Origin: a virus | Lineage: Duplodnaviria; Caudoviricetes | Reading direction: 5' to 3' (one strand) | Virus record (IMG/VR): IMGVR_UViG_3300033407_000101 | Coordinates: 1 to 25,449 of that record | DNA: 25,449 nucleotides | Shown: positions 7,027 to 16,730 of the stretch, one piece after another | Layout of the letters: every line of letters starts with the position of its first letter | Position numbering within the stretch: position 1 is the first letter of the stretch | Made by a program: the position numbers and the translations under genes | Notes under the pieces: model-generated | Told to the model about the DNA's origin: nothing | The model's database searches: none | Seen by the model: the letters and a program-made list of their open reading frames with translations, nothing else

Positions 7027-8459
7027 ATCAAACTCTTAAAGTTGAGGGAGCAATCCGCAGTCTCCCCATTGGCCAGTAATATATTAACCCTGTCGCCGAG
7101 ACCGTAGATTATAGTCTCTTCATAATTATCAGACCCGACGATCATTAACGGGGCCGCTCTGTATTGTGTTAGTAATCGCTTCAGGCTAGCGACATCCTCC
7201 CGGTATAGTCTGAGGTCGAGGGTCACTGTGTCAGCGTAGTCGCCCTCTTGAATGTCGATGTAGCCAAAGTCGTCTTCCTTCCGGTACGAGAAATCTTCGA
7301 TACCTACGCCTGACCCACGTAACGACACCCCTATAGCAGACCCCAGACCAACCACGAGATTACCAATACTAGCAACTCCACCAGTATTAATAATTCTAAC
7401 AATGATTTTACCACTCGTGTAAGGGGGGAAACTAACTTCAGCATATTTCGTTTTGTAAGGGATTTCGCCAAAGAAATATTCATAAAAACTCCCGGAACCG
7501 AAGTCCGTCATGGCCTGCTCGTGATCATAACTCAGTCGCCTTATAGAAAGGTCATCGAATGTCTGACTGGTGTTGTCTGCCCTAATTCCCACCCCGGTCT
7601 CTGAAACATTAAATGACTCCCCCTCTATAGTATCCCTAAGTACACCATCAAGCCATAGCTCAATTTCGGAAACCCTGTAAATAACACGCAACTCATAGTC
7701 CTGTGAGTTAGAGTACCCAGCTATGGTATACGGGGTACCAAGGGTTGACCAGGCAGATGATTCCCGCTTACGTAACCTCAACTCACCATTGTTAATCTCT
7801 GCATGGAGGAAGTTGCCAGTATCAGAATACCTGAACACAATCCCGCCTGCGCTGGTCGATGAACCACCATTCCACATCACCGTGATGTCCCCGGCAGCTT
7901 TACCAAATTCTGATATAGTCACATAGTCAGGGCCGCCGGGGGCTGCTCCCGTCGCCACGGCATGGTTGCTGATTATCTCAAACTCCCCACTCACGGATGC
8001 GAGTGTCCCCGGCAGGGGATCGGTGTCGGACCCGGTGAACGTGTAGGCCCCCTCCTGCACGGATAACAGTGTGATTATCCTGACCGCTTCGACATCGATG
8101 AAACCAAGCGCGTTCGTTAACACACCCGGCTCTATCTCAACCCGTATCTCATCGGCATTTGTGGTAAACGTTCGTCCCCGCTGGTCGAACATCCGATATG
8201 GATTAGTGGCGACCTTGAATTGCCAGTTGGTCCCATCGTCGTCTTCTGGCGATGTGCCAGAGGGACCATTGGCCTGCACCGCAACGTATACCTTATGCAC
8301 ACCCGTGGTGGTGACCTGAACCTCATCATCAGTACTGTAGGCGGTCCCACTATCCCACTCAGCAACCTCAGTCTCTGGTACATTCGTCTTAGTCAAGTGC
8401 GCATCTGTGATCACATTTGGCTTAACGGCATATGTGTGATATGGCTGCAATGAGCCCAT
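7023..8459 (-). CDS. Tail-tip structural protein (distal-tail position) with an N-terminal small carbohydrate-binding-like module and an inserted ConA/DUF1080-like beta-sandwich
   Basis: Directly after the tape measure. Contains WDSGTAYSTDDEV..HKVY..W (CBM5/12-like), TNPYRMFD, FYEYFF, GIEDFSYRKEDDFG and terminal CSLNFKSLI. The central GIVFRYSD...IELWLDG...GVGIR...FDDLSI is a lectin-like signature. Confidence 0.7.
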   Translation of the reverse strand: MGSLQPYHTYAVKPNVITDAHLTKTNVPETEVAEWDSGTAYSTDDEVQVTTTGVHKVYVAVQANGPSGTSPEDDDGTNWQFKVATNPYRMFDQRGRTFTTNADEIRVEIEPGVLTNALGFIDVEAVRIITLLSVQEGAYTFTGSDTDPLPGTLASVSGEFEIISNHAVATGAAPGGPDYVTISEFGKAAGDITVMWNGGSSTSAGGIVFRYSDTGNFLHAEINNGELRLRKRESSAWSTLGTPYTIAGYSNSQDYELRVIYRVSEIELWLDGVLRDTIEGESFNVSETGVGIRADNTSQTFDDLSIRRLSYDHEQAMTDFGSGSFYEYFFGEIPYKTKYAEVSFPPYTSGKIIVRIINTGGVASIGNLVVGLGSAIGVSLRGSGVGIEDFSYRKEDDFGYIDIQEGDYADTVTLDLRLYREDVASLKRLLTQYRAAPLMIVGSDNYEETIIYGLGDRVNILLANGETADCSLNFKSLI

Positions 8460-11400
8460 TATGCTGACCTCTCTGGCGGCAACCCGCGTGAATTCCAGTC
8501 TGAGATACGGCTTCGGATACTCTCTGAATTAGCCGCATTCTTAGCCCCGGTTCTGTTAAGAGCCTCCAGCAAATCCCTGACCGTATCGCGTAACTGTACG
8601 TTCTCATCAATCAGCCGCTCAGTCAAGGAGTTCTGATACTCGGACCTTTCCTGAAGCCGCTCTCCAGACGCGATCAACTCAAGGTTCTTATCATCTATCT
8701 CCTTCAGATACTCCCCAGATTTGATTGCCGTATCGAACTGCTTGTTCTGTATGGAAAGGTCAAGGTCACGGGACTCCTCCAGAGTCCTTTTCTGAGTCTC
8801 GAAATAGGAATCAAGGCGGGCCACAGACTCTTCGAAATTTGACTTCTCCACTTCAATGGCTTCATTGAGAAGCTTAACTTGCAACTCGGCATCCGATAGC
8901 TGATTGCCGGATAACCTGGCGATTTCATCGAGTCCGGCTTTAGTCTTAGCCTGAGATAACTCAAAATCAAATCTCGATGAAAATTGACCACGGTCGGAGT
9001 TAGTCAGTGTGTCTATCGTGCGCTTCAGATCATCCGCTTCCGGCAGTCTCCCCGCAGACACGTCACGAACAGCGATTGCCAATTGTTCTTCGGCCTGCTT
9101 TCTTAAGTTGACACGCGCATCGATACCGCTTACACTCAATGACTCAACAGCTCGTGACACCGATTCGAACACCCCTCGGATACCCTCCACGGTGTCACGA
9201 GCTGTTCCTAATTCCTCGTTAAGTCCATCTATCCGTGTGTCATGAACACTCTTGATTAACTCCCGCTCTTCCTTAACTCGTGAACCAAGTTCAGCGAGTA
9301 ACTCATCCCTACGGCGATTAAGGTCTTCGTGATAGTAAATCTCAGTTAGGATACCCTGTAATGATTCGTCAGTCTTCTGACGCTCCAATTGTCGTTCTAA
9401 CTGTGTCGCTCTGGCTTCATCCCCGCTGGTCCTGAACAATCTGACAAGAAGATTTATCCTGGCCTCATCCACGGCGCTAACAGCATCGTTGGCGGCCTTC
9501 AAATCCTCAAGTGAGTGAATCCGCCTTAATATAGACTGGTCACCGGCAGACAGTGCTATCAACTCCCGGCGGCGGGTAATGTTGAGAGCCTCGGTGCCCT
9601 TACCCTGAGCCTGAAGTAACCTTATCGTCAGGGCCTCTGTTTTGTAAGCATCCTGTGCAGCGAAGATGAGCGACTGTAAAGCCTCCTCCTGCCCTGATAA
9701 CGCACTCAGCTCCTGCCGTCTTGCTATCAGCAATGCCTCATATGATCTCCCCTGAGCGTCCAGTAAATCTCCTTCCATGGATAGCAGAGCTGTACGCAAC
9801 CGCTCCGCCTCGTTGACTCTGCGCACCTCGTCCTCAACGTCGAACACAGCCTGTAAGGAATCCTTGAGCAAATCCTTGATGCCATCGCTAACCCCGTCCA
9901 GCTGATCAATTGATGTCAGGTCCTGACCACGCTCAAACTCCCTCAGCAACGCCTCATTGCCACGCTCCTGCAGGATTCTGCGTTCGTGACCAAGTAACTG
10001 CTCGGCCCTGATCAGCTCTGCGTTAGCGTCCCTCTGGGCACGTACCGCTTCGTCTTCGGCGTCGAACAACCGGTCCAGCATCCCTTTCAGAACGTTGCGG
10101 AACCTTTCGGGGATGTCGTCCAGCGCATCAATACCCGCCAACTCTTCACGCCGGTCAAACCCAGTGGTGTCGCCAGTCACGGCCAGCAAACGCCGACCGA
10201 TGCCCTTAGCTAGCCCTTCGAACTGGTTCTCGATGTCGAGGGTTGACGAGCGGTCTTCGACAAGATTAAAGAACGCATCTGCAGTCACCAACATTGTGTT
10301 CATAGCATCGCTGAAGTTAGCGACCTCTTCGACCGAACCTTTCGGAATTATGTTGATGGAGTTAAAGAATTCCACAAACTCATCGCGGGTGCCACTAATG
10401 ACACCCTCTATGTCGATAGCTGTGGCGAATGACCCAATTGCGGTGCGTAACTTATCGCTAAACAGAGTTATGGCCGCCTCTGGTGCCCGAAACGAATTCG
10501 CCAATAGATTAGCTGTCCCAAGGACCGCGTTCCCCAAACGTTCGTTAGCCTCCTCAAGCGCCTTAGTCACACCCTCCTGCCTTTCTTCCAGAAGGTCGAA
10601 GTACTGGTCAGCAAGATCGAAATTAGCGGTTAACTGCCCAGCCGCCTTAGCAGACGATTCACTAGTCAGGTCGAGGCTTTCGACCAGTGCCACGAACGAT
10701 GCACGACCGTCAGGTAATGAACCTCCTGTAAGATCGCTGAGAACGTTCGAGAAACCTTCGCTAACAATCTCAAACCGGCGCCCTTCTGAATGAAACTCAT
10801 CGATGAATCTGGAGGTATTCCGGGCCAGTTCAGACACACCCCCCGCAGCATCAACGAATGTCTGACGAAACCCCAGCAACCCAACGTCCGCAGCATTAAT
10901 TTGTGGTGCCAGTTCGCTAATGGTCACACCAAGCTTGTTAGCAACATCTGCAACTACCTGCACTGTGGTAGCTAACCGTGTCAGGGTATCCCCGGCGGTC
11001 TCCCCGGAGATTTTCAATTCGTTCAGGAATGGTAACAGCTCACCACTAACTGACCCGAACACACCACTGAAGTAATCCTCAATAGCCTGCCGCTGTTCAT
11101 CAAGCGTCTTACCTTTAAGGTCAACGAACGCTTCTGCCAAAATAACTTCTGTGAAATCGACGGATGCGCCGAGTATCCCCGCACCCTCCTTGATTGCGTC
11201 GCCAATGAGGGCGAATACACCCTGAATTTCAGCCACGGATTCTGGATCGAGGTCGCCCTCCTTAACCCTGGTCTTCGATCCACCGCCGAATGGTCCGGGG
11301 TTAACCCGGAATACCTGAAACGATCTGGCCAGAGCATCGTTGATGGCAGTGTCGAAAGCCTGCTGATCGATCTTCACACCAAACCCGCGAGCCTCGACAC

Positions 11401-14400
11401 TGCCGCCAATCAGCTTGTCTACAACGTCGCCCAGACCGGGTAAAACGATGTCGATGAACGGTAGTATGATACGGCTGGAGAAATGATCAAGCATCGTGGA
11501 TATAGTGTCACCCACACCGGGCAGTATGATACGGCTGGAGAAATGATCAAGTGGCCCCGGACCAGCATCAACACCTCGTGACGTGATGCCACTACCCTCA
11601 GAAAACGATCTGAGCAGGGTTGAACTGAGTCCTGTGATACCGCCACCAAGGTCTCTGAAAACATCCCGTAAGTCTGTGTTAATGGACACAAGTTCCTTAG
11701 TAGCAGACGCAGTTAACTCAGTGCTGTTGGCGATTGATTCAGCAACGGCTGAGTTATCACCAAATACACCTCCTGCACCGGCACCAACGGACAGGGCCAG
11801 TTCTAACTTGCGATTACCTCCCCCACCCCCGTCGAACAGACCGAATGACTGGGCCGCTATCACCACAGCGCTGATGGCAGCCAGTATGTTCCCGGTGGAG
11901 GCCACGATAATCGCTTCCGTAAGCCGCATCCCAGCGTTAACCAGCTTGGATGCGCGGTCAATCTCTTCGTAAGCACCGCTACCGGCCTTAGCCAGACCAC
12001 CGAACACATTGATCACATCGCTCACGTCAGTGAACGTGGCATGTGCTCCCTGCGCAACGATGTCGAACGGGGACTCCAGTTTAAGTAATTCGAGATTAGC
12101 GGTCTTAACCTCGTCCAGCGATTCACCAAGTTTACGTGCGTTCAGTGCCAAATCGCGGGCGCTATCTAACCCAAGTCGCTCAGCAATTGTGGCTAATCTC
12201 CGGGCACCTTCGTACTCCTCCATTGCCACGGTCACGGCGTTCGTTGATTTGGCGTAGTTACCGATGGCCTCAGTAAACTCCGAGGTAAGTGATTTGGTCG
12301 CTACCCCAGCCTGAAATGGGTTAATTAACCCCTCAGCCAACTCACGGTTAATGTTGTTCAGATGCTCCTTGAATTGGTCCTCAAATGCGAACGGGTTGCC
12401 GGAGAACTTGAACACACTGCGCAGCATGTCATTGTACCCGGCAACGATCCCCTGAAGTATCTGTGAATAATCTTCCCTAGTCGCATTACCACGGTCCATG
12501 ATGGGGATAAGCTTGCGCTCAGCGTCTGAGTAAGCGCTGAACACCTTGACCAGCGCGGACATTTTGCCACGCAGGTTGTCCAGAACAGCCGCATCCGGTC
12601 CCGCTTTGTTTTTAGCAAGATCCGATGCGGCTTTATTAAACCCATCTTCGAGCACCCGGAACGCAACCTTTGCCTGATTGGGGTTAATCAATCCTCCAGA
12701 CAGGTGTTCATTAATAAGGTCGGTGTATTTCTTCAGGCTCTCCTCAAGCTGCGATGTGTCGCCGGAGAACTTGAAAATCTTCCCTAACGCCTCATCGTAA
12801 TTATCGGCGATGCCAGATAATATTTGTGCGTATTTAGTCTTGGTTACGTTACCACGCTCAAGGATCTCATTTAACGTGCGTTCAGTGCTGGTGTATTCAG
12901 CAAACACGGAGCTAAGTCTGGAAACCCGTCCCTGAAGTCGCCCTATGATGGCAGCATCCTTTTCAGCATTTTTAGCTGACTCGCTAAGGCTGTCTGCGTA
13001 ATCCTCCAGTATTTTAGCCCCCTCCTCAGGCGACCTTAACCCAGCCCGGACCGCCTCATTCACAACACCCCTGGCGTCCCTCATCAATATCTCAGCTTTA
13101 GCGACAGCCGACGATGCGGCGGTCAATTTATCCAGACTGTCCTCAAGCCGTTTCTCCTTACCAGTCTGCAATGGGAAATCGCCATCCCTGAATCTGTCCA
13201 GATCGCCCCGCAGCCTGCCCACTTCATCACGCGCCACCAGCACCCTTGTTATAGCATCATTCAGTCTGGCGATAAACGGCCTGAACGTGGTCTTCGATTG
13301 GGTTGCGATACCGAACGCGGCCAGCTCTTCACGAGCAGCCTTCAGTTCACCGACGGTGCCAGCAAGGCGCACGTTCTTGATTATGTTCAGGAATTCCAAA
13401 GCCTGCTTTCGGGACAGGTCGAATTCGTCCTGTAATTTAGCGAGAGCCTTCCGTATCGGCAAAGCGAACGTGGTGACGTTATCGGAGACCGGGATTATCG
13501 TCAGATTCAGTAAATGAGCCAACCCTTCCTCTAAAACAGTCCCGAATGTGGTACTGAACTTTTCGAACCTCGAAGCCCGTTCAAGGTCGCCGAACGCCTC
13601 CTCAACCTCCTTTATCTTCGGCACCACATCGTTAAAGTCACCGAACCCTGTTGTTAGGAACCCGCCAATGGCCTCGTCCAGAACTTCCCCGAACGTCTCA
13701 ATAGCCTCCCCGGAAGCGTCAAGCTGCTTGTCGATAGCGGACAATAGCCTCAACTCGGCGGCGTTGAGGGAAGCTTGGGCCAACTCCTTCATCTCATCGG
13801 TTAGCTTCCTGACACCAGCGTTATCGTCACCGATTGTCTCCCTGACCTCCTCTATGGTCTTATTGAAGTCTTCCAAAGCAGAGGTGCTTTTGAAGAGGTC
13901 GGGGAGGAACACTAAACCGAGGGCGCCAGCAATCGCCAGCACTGATCCCAGCACGGCCCCACCCGGACCAAACAGGCTGGCCATCTGACTCCCCTGTTGG
14001 GCAAACACCAGCATCATGTTTTGCCCACCCGCTAACTGCACGGTCACATCCTGTATCTGGTACCCGAATCCCTGCATGACCCCGCGAAGTCCACGCACAT
14101 CAGTCCCGAACAGGCTGGCTGAACGTCGTGCGTTATTCAAATCTTCCCTGAACCCCCGAGAGCGTCGCCCGCCACGGTTCATCTCATTGAGCATTCTCCT
14201 GAGTTCTTCACGACTAACCCTTAGTCCACCACCCAAGTTAACCGAACTGTTACCAAGTTCATCCAACCTTCCGGTCAAATCGTCAACGCCCCGTCTGGAA
14301 CCAGCGAGTTCCCTCTGGAGTCTGGTGAATTCCCTCTCCAACTCCTGAATGCGATTGGATGAAGCGTCAGAACTCCTGCCCGTTGAGGCGAGCGCAGCTT

Positions 14401-14485
14401 CCATGCGCCTCAGATCAGCCAATGCCCTGTCAATCTGAATCGCGTACTCTGTGACCAACCTTTCGATAACACGGCTACCCGCCAT
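8459..14485 (-). CDS. Tail tape measure protein
   Basis: 2008 aa, largely helical composition. Lambda-type N-terminal motif GYQIQDVTVQLAGGQNMMLVFAQQGSQ. Hydrophobic segments present. Located after the G/GT chaperones. Confidence 0.95.
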   Translation of the reverse strand: MAGSRVIERLVTEYAIQIDRALADLRRMEAALASTGRSSDASSNRIQELEREFTRLQRELAGSRRGVDDLTGRLDELGNSSVNLGGGLRVSREELRRMLNEMNRGGRRSRGFREDLNNARRSASLFGTDVRGLRGVMQGFGYQIQDVTVQLAGGQNMMLVFAQQGSQMASLFGPGGAVLGSVLAIAGALGLVFLPDLFKSTSALEDFNKTIEEVRETIGDDNAGVRKLTDEMKELAQASLNAAELRLLSAIDKQLDASGEAIETFGEVLDEAIGGFLTTGFGDFNDVVPKIKEVEEAFGDLERASRFEKFSTTFGTVLEEGLAHLLNLTIIPVSDNVTTFALPIRKALAKLQDEFDLSRKQALEFLNIIKNVRLAGTVGELKAAREELAAFGIATQSKTTFRPFIARLNDAITRVLVARDEVGRLRGDLDRFRDGDFPLQTGKEKRLEDSLDKLTAASSAVAKAEILMRDARGVVNEAVRAGLRSPEEGAKILEDYADSLSESAKNAEKDAAIIGRLQGRVSRLSSVFAEYTSTERTLNEILERGNVTKTKYAQILSGIADNYDEALGKIFKFSGDTSQLEESLKKYTDLINEHLSGGLINPNQAKVAFRVLEDGFNKAASDLAKNKAGPDAAVLDNLRGKMSALVKVFSAYSDAERKLIPIMDRGNATREDYSQILQGIVAGYNDMLRSVFKFSGNPFAFEDQFKEHLNNINRELAEGLINPFQAGVATKSLTSEFTEAIGNYAKSTNAVTVAMEEYEGARRLATIAERLGLDSARDLALNARKLGESLDEVKTANLELLKLESPFDIVAQGAHATFTDVSDVINVFGGLAKAGSGAYEEIDRASKLVNAGMRLTEAIIVASTGNILAAISAVVIAAQSFGLFDGGGGGNRKLELALSVGAGAGGVFGDNSAVAESIANSTELTASATKELVSINTDLRDVFRDLGGGITGLSSTLLRSFSEGSGITSRGVDAGPGPLDHFSSRIILPGVGDTISTMLDHFSSRIILPFIDIVLPGLGDVVDKLIGGSVEARGFGVKIDQQAFDTAINDALARSFQVFRVNPGPFGGGSKTRVKEGDLDPESVAEIQGVFALIGDAIKEGAGILGASVDFTEVILAEAFVDLKGKTLDEQRQAIEDYFSGVFGSVSGELLPFLNELKISGETAGDTLTRLATTVQVVADVANKLGVTISELAPQINAADVGLLGFRQTFVDAAGGVSELARNTSRFIDEFHSEGRRFEIVSEGFSNVLSDLTGGSLPDGRASFVALVESLDLTSESSAKAAGQLTANFDLADQYFDLLEERQEGVTKALEEANERLGNAVLGTANLLANSFRAPEAAITLFSDKLRTAIGSFATAIDIEGVISGTRDEFVEFFNSINIIPKGSVEEVANFSDAMNTMLVTADAFFNLVEDRSSTLDIENQFEGLAKGIGRRLLAVTGDTTGFDRREELAGIDALDDIPERFRNVLKGMLDRLFDAEDEAVRAQRDANAELIRAEQLLGHERRILQERGNEALLREFERGQDLTSIDQLDGVSDGIKDLLKDSLQAVFDVEDEVRRVNEAERLRTALLSMEGDLLDAQGRSYEALLIARRQELSALSGQEEALQSLIFAAQDAYKTEALTIRLLQAQGKGTEALNITRRRELIALSAGDQSILRRIHSLEDLKAANDAVSAVDEARINLLVRLFRTSGDEARATQLERQLERQKTDESLQGILTEIYYHEDLNRRRDELLAELGSRVKEERELIKSVHDTRIDGLNEELGTARDTVEGIRGVFESVSRAVESLSVSGIDARVNLRKQAEEQLAIAVRDVSAGRLPEADDLKRTIDTLTNSDRGQFSSRFDFELSQAKTKAGLDEIARLSGNQLSDAELQVKLLNEAIEVEKSNFEESVARLDSYFETQKRTLEESRDLDLSIQNKQFDTAIKSGEYLKEIDDKNLELIASGERLQERSEYQNSLTERLIDENVQLRDTVRDLLEALNRTGAKNAANSESIRSRISDWNSRGLPPERSA
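11463..11551. repeat. 29-bp exact direct repeat at 60-bp spacing in the tape measure gene (LDHFSSRIILP twice)
   Basis: agtatgatacggctggagaaatgatcaag at 11463 and 11523. Confidence 0.92.
12240..12970. repeat. Diverged 363-bp (121-aa) tandem duplication in the tape measure gene
   Basis: gccggagaacttgaa at 12398 and 12761. The protein has DAA..L.G..S.L..VF..Y...ER.L..I..RGN.T...Y.QIL.GI...Y...L...FKFSG...GLINP.QA twice. Confidence 0.88.
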
Positions 14486-14753
14486 TATTAAGACTCCTGA
14501 CCCAATCTAACGCATCGTCTGCGGATTGGTAAGAACGTGGTGAAAATGGGATGAAGTCAGATGGGGTGACCCGACTGGAATTCTTAGGGATGTGGACGTT
14601 AACTAATGATGACGTTTGGATAGCCTGATTGATATCCGATCTTACGTCTCCCCAAGGTGCCCTCATGTAATCCTCCTTAAATAATTCATAGGCGCTGGCA
14701 TCCATGCCATTATACAGATCAGCTATGCTCTGGTAACCGAACGTCCTGCACAT
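14475..14753 (-). CDS. Tail assembly chaperone, gpT-like part (probably expressed as a G-T frameshift fusion)
   Basis: PWGDVRSDI...PSDFIPF motif. Lies between the gpG-like gene and the tape measure. The frame stays open upstream to the slippery site and there is no evident RBS before ATG 14753. Confidence 0.82.
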   Translation of the reverse strand: MCRTFGYQSIADLYNGMDASAYELFKEDYMRAPWGDVRSDINQAIQTSSLVNVHIPKNSSRVTPSDFIPFSPRSYQSADDALDWVRSLNNGG

Positions 14754-14782
14754 AAGTAAATCGAATTGAACACAGGGGTCAT

Positions 14783-15094
14783 CTACTTTTTTTCAGTGTT
14801 GTTGATCCCCGCCATAACCTCGAAGAACAGGTCCATTATGGCTGGGACGTTATCTACGTCATCGTCCCATTGTTCGGTGGTCCTGAACCTAACGTAAGCT
14901 TCTTCGTTAACCATGACCCGCCGGGGGTCAGTCACCTCACCCTTAATGAACACACTCTCCATGAGGAGGTCGCACACATATTCATATTTGCGTCCATCAT
15001 CCGACAGTGCGTCCATCATCCGAAGCTTCCCTGAAACCTTCAGGGGCCTGATGTAAAGGTCCCCCCAAACATCTGTCGATTCAACTTTCTTCAT
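14783..15094 (-). CDS. Tail assembly chaperone gpG-like
   Basis: 103 aa, strong AGGAGG RBS, position after the tail tube, ends in a slippery heptamer. Confidence 0.82.
   Translation of the reverse strand: MKKVESTDVWGDLYIRPLKVSGKLRMMDALSDDGRKYEYVCDLLMESVFIKGEVTDPRRVMVNEEAYVRFRTTEQWDDDVDNVPAIMDLFFEVMAGINNTEKK
14786..14792 (-). other. Programmed -1 ribosomal frameshift site A-AAA-AAG
   Basis: Minus strand reads GAA AAA AAG TAG. The -1 frame continues KVDDPCVQFDLL into MCRTFG of the next ORF. Confidence 0.88.
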
Positions 15095-15113
15095 ATACCC
15101 TCCTTTATAAAAA

Positions 15114-15752
15114 TTAAGTGGTGTAAGTAGTGATTGCAGTACTCACCGTTAATGTCACTGGTGTGGTCACCAGACCTTGCGCCGATCCACCCGGAATCAA
15201 CCCTGTGTTGATATAACCGTAGCACAACATCCTCTGACCCGTTGCGAACTGCACCATGAATGCAGTCTGCGTCTTAGCGTCAGAGTACACCTTAGCAGCC
15301 ACCAACGCCGAATCAGCCACGTCCCATTTTGACGTGAACTGAATGGTGAACGGTGTTTGGCTGACAGGTGCCTGCGTCTGCTGTGACGTGTGGATCGTGC
15401 TGGTGTCCTCGAAGTTAGCTTCACCGCCAGAGGCGTTAACTTCCCGGAATGTTCCAAAATTGTGGCCGAACGTGATGACACTAAACGTGCCTGCGGTGAA
15501 CACCTCATAATTGGTGGTGTCTTCCGCCTCCAGCTCGAACGTTCCTGCGGCTTGGTTGTCAACCCTGAATACCCGGTCATCAACACTAATCATACCATCG
15601 GCAGTTATTAGTACATAATCGCCGTCCGATGGGTCAGAACCAGCGTGACTGGCTTCGCCGGGGTCCGCCTTCGTGATCCCGGTCAGAGCGATTGGTGTCG
15701 CGAAGGCGGATGCCATCTTAACCGTAACGTTACTCCAAAAATTTTCAGCCAT
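15114..15752 (-). CDS. Major tail tube protein
   Basis: 212 aa with ITKADPG, GDYVLI, DDRVFRV, FELEAEDTT and SGGEANF motifs typical of siphovirus tube proteins (Phage_tail_3-like). Position fits. Confidence 0.88.
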   Translation of the reverse strand: MAENFWSNVTVKMASAFATPIALTGITKADPGEASHAGSDPSDGDYVLITADGMISVDDRVFRVDNQAAGTFELEAEDTTNYEVFTAGTFSVITFGHNFGTFREVNASGGEANFEDTSTIHTSQQTQAPVSQTPFTIQFTSKWDVADSALVAAKVYSDAKTQTAFMVQFATGQRMLCYGYINTGLIPGGSAQGLVTTPVTLTVSTAITTYTT

Positions 15753-15757
15753 TGTCT

Positions 15758-16129
15758 TTAAACCTCGTATTTAACTTGAAATTCGAACGTCACGGTGTCT
15801 TCTCCGTCAACGTATTCGGACCCATTATACCCACATGCGTAACCCTGTACAGACAATGTTTCCCGAAGTACGGGTATGATGGATCCGTAAGCGTCCAGTT
15901 CATCATCCGTAGCACCATCCTCATGGAACTCAAGGATTAGAGACGATTCCATGAGACTTGTTGATAAACTGATCGAGTCGGGTCCCTCCCCAACGAGATA
16001 CACATTACATCTTGGTGAAGTCACAGTCCGGTTATCAGGTCGCCGGGACTTACTAACGCTGCCGGACAATGCGGGGAAGTGTGACTCCACCGTGTCCAGC
16101 GCCAATTGCCTTATATCACTCCTGCTCAC
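15758..16129 (-). CDS. Putative tail terminator (gpU-like position)
   Basis: 123 aa, acidic, immediately before the tube gene. Contains P.CNVYL, DDELD and terminal F.VKY. Confidence 0.6.
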   Translation of the reverse strand: MSRSDIRQLALDTVESHFPALSGSVSKSRRPDNRTVTSPRCNVYLVGEGPDSISLSTSLMESSLILEFHEDGATDDELDAYGSIIPVLRETLSVQGYACGYNGSEYVDGEDTVTFEFQVKYEV

Positions 16130-16730
16130 GCGCTAATATCTCCCTGAACTTATCCGCTAAATTATTGCGAATCACTCGCCCCATGATCTTAGGTTGCAGT
16201 TCCGTAATGATTTTACCCATGTCAATCGTAACCCGCTTTATCGCTTCAGCCCGCCTTGGTCGCCCATCCCTGATTACAGTCTTGACCACGCCAGTCCGTT
16301 TGAACACCTGCTCATGACCGTTGGGACCACGGCCTACGAATGCTCCGGGGTACGAAAGTCTTCCGTGCTTGATCACAGGTGCGGATGATCCTGTAAGGTT
16401 GTACCTCCATGGTACCCCGGCTCTCCATTGCGACTTCCAGCTACTCACCACTGAGCTGGGCAGAGCTGATATGAGGGAGACTGACTTGCGATAACCAACC
16501 ATCTTGACAACCTGATTTTCAATTGTTGCTCTACGATGGAAGATGCGTTTTTTAACGCGGGCCTTGGTTAACCCGGAAGCTTCGCCCACCCGTTTCCTAA
16601 TCCGGTTCCGTGCGTCCAGCATGACAGCATTGGCCGCCTTCACAGAAGCGCTTTCCACAGCCCTCATGTAACCAGCAGTAAGTCGTCGCAATGAGGCGGC
16701 GTTCCGTTCAGAAAAGTTACGTCTGGGCAT
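16116..16730 (-). CDS. Tail completion / minor tail protein, lambda gpZ-like
   Basis: 204 aa, very basic, with YPGAFVGRGPNGHEQVFKR. Position in the connector cluster fits. Confidence 0.75.
   Translation of the reverse strand: MPRRNFSERNAASLRRLTAGYMRAVESASVKAANAVMLDARNRIRKRVGEASGLTKARVKKRIFHRRATIENQVVKMVGYRKSVSLISALPSSVVSSWKSQWRAGVPWRYNLTGSSAPVIKHGRLSYPGAFVGRGPNGHEQVFKRTGVVKTVIRDGRPRRAEAIKRVTIDMGKIITELQPKIMGRVIRNNLADKFREILAREQE

Noticed and set aside
8704-14348. Many antisense or alternate-frame ORFs within the tape measure gene (e.g. 10095..10793, 232 aa)
   Set aside because: They have the Ser/Arg-rich composition expected from the reverse frame of a Leu/Glu/Ala-rich gene, with no motifs and no evident RBS.
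15095-15113. Possible terminator after the tail tube gene
   Set aside because: The 19-bp gap holds only an AT-rich stretch and the AGGAGG RBS, with no GC hairpin.
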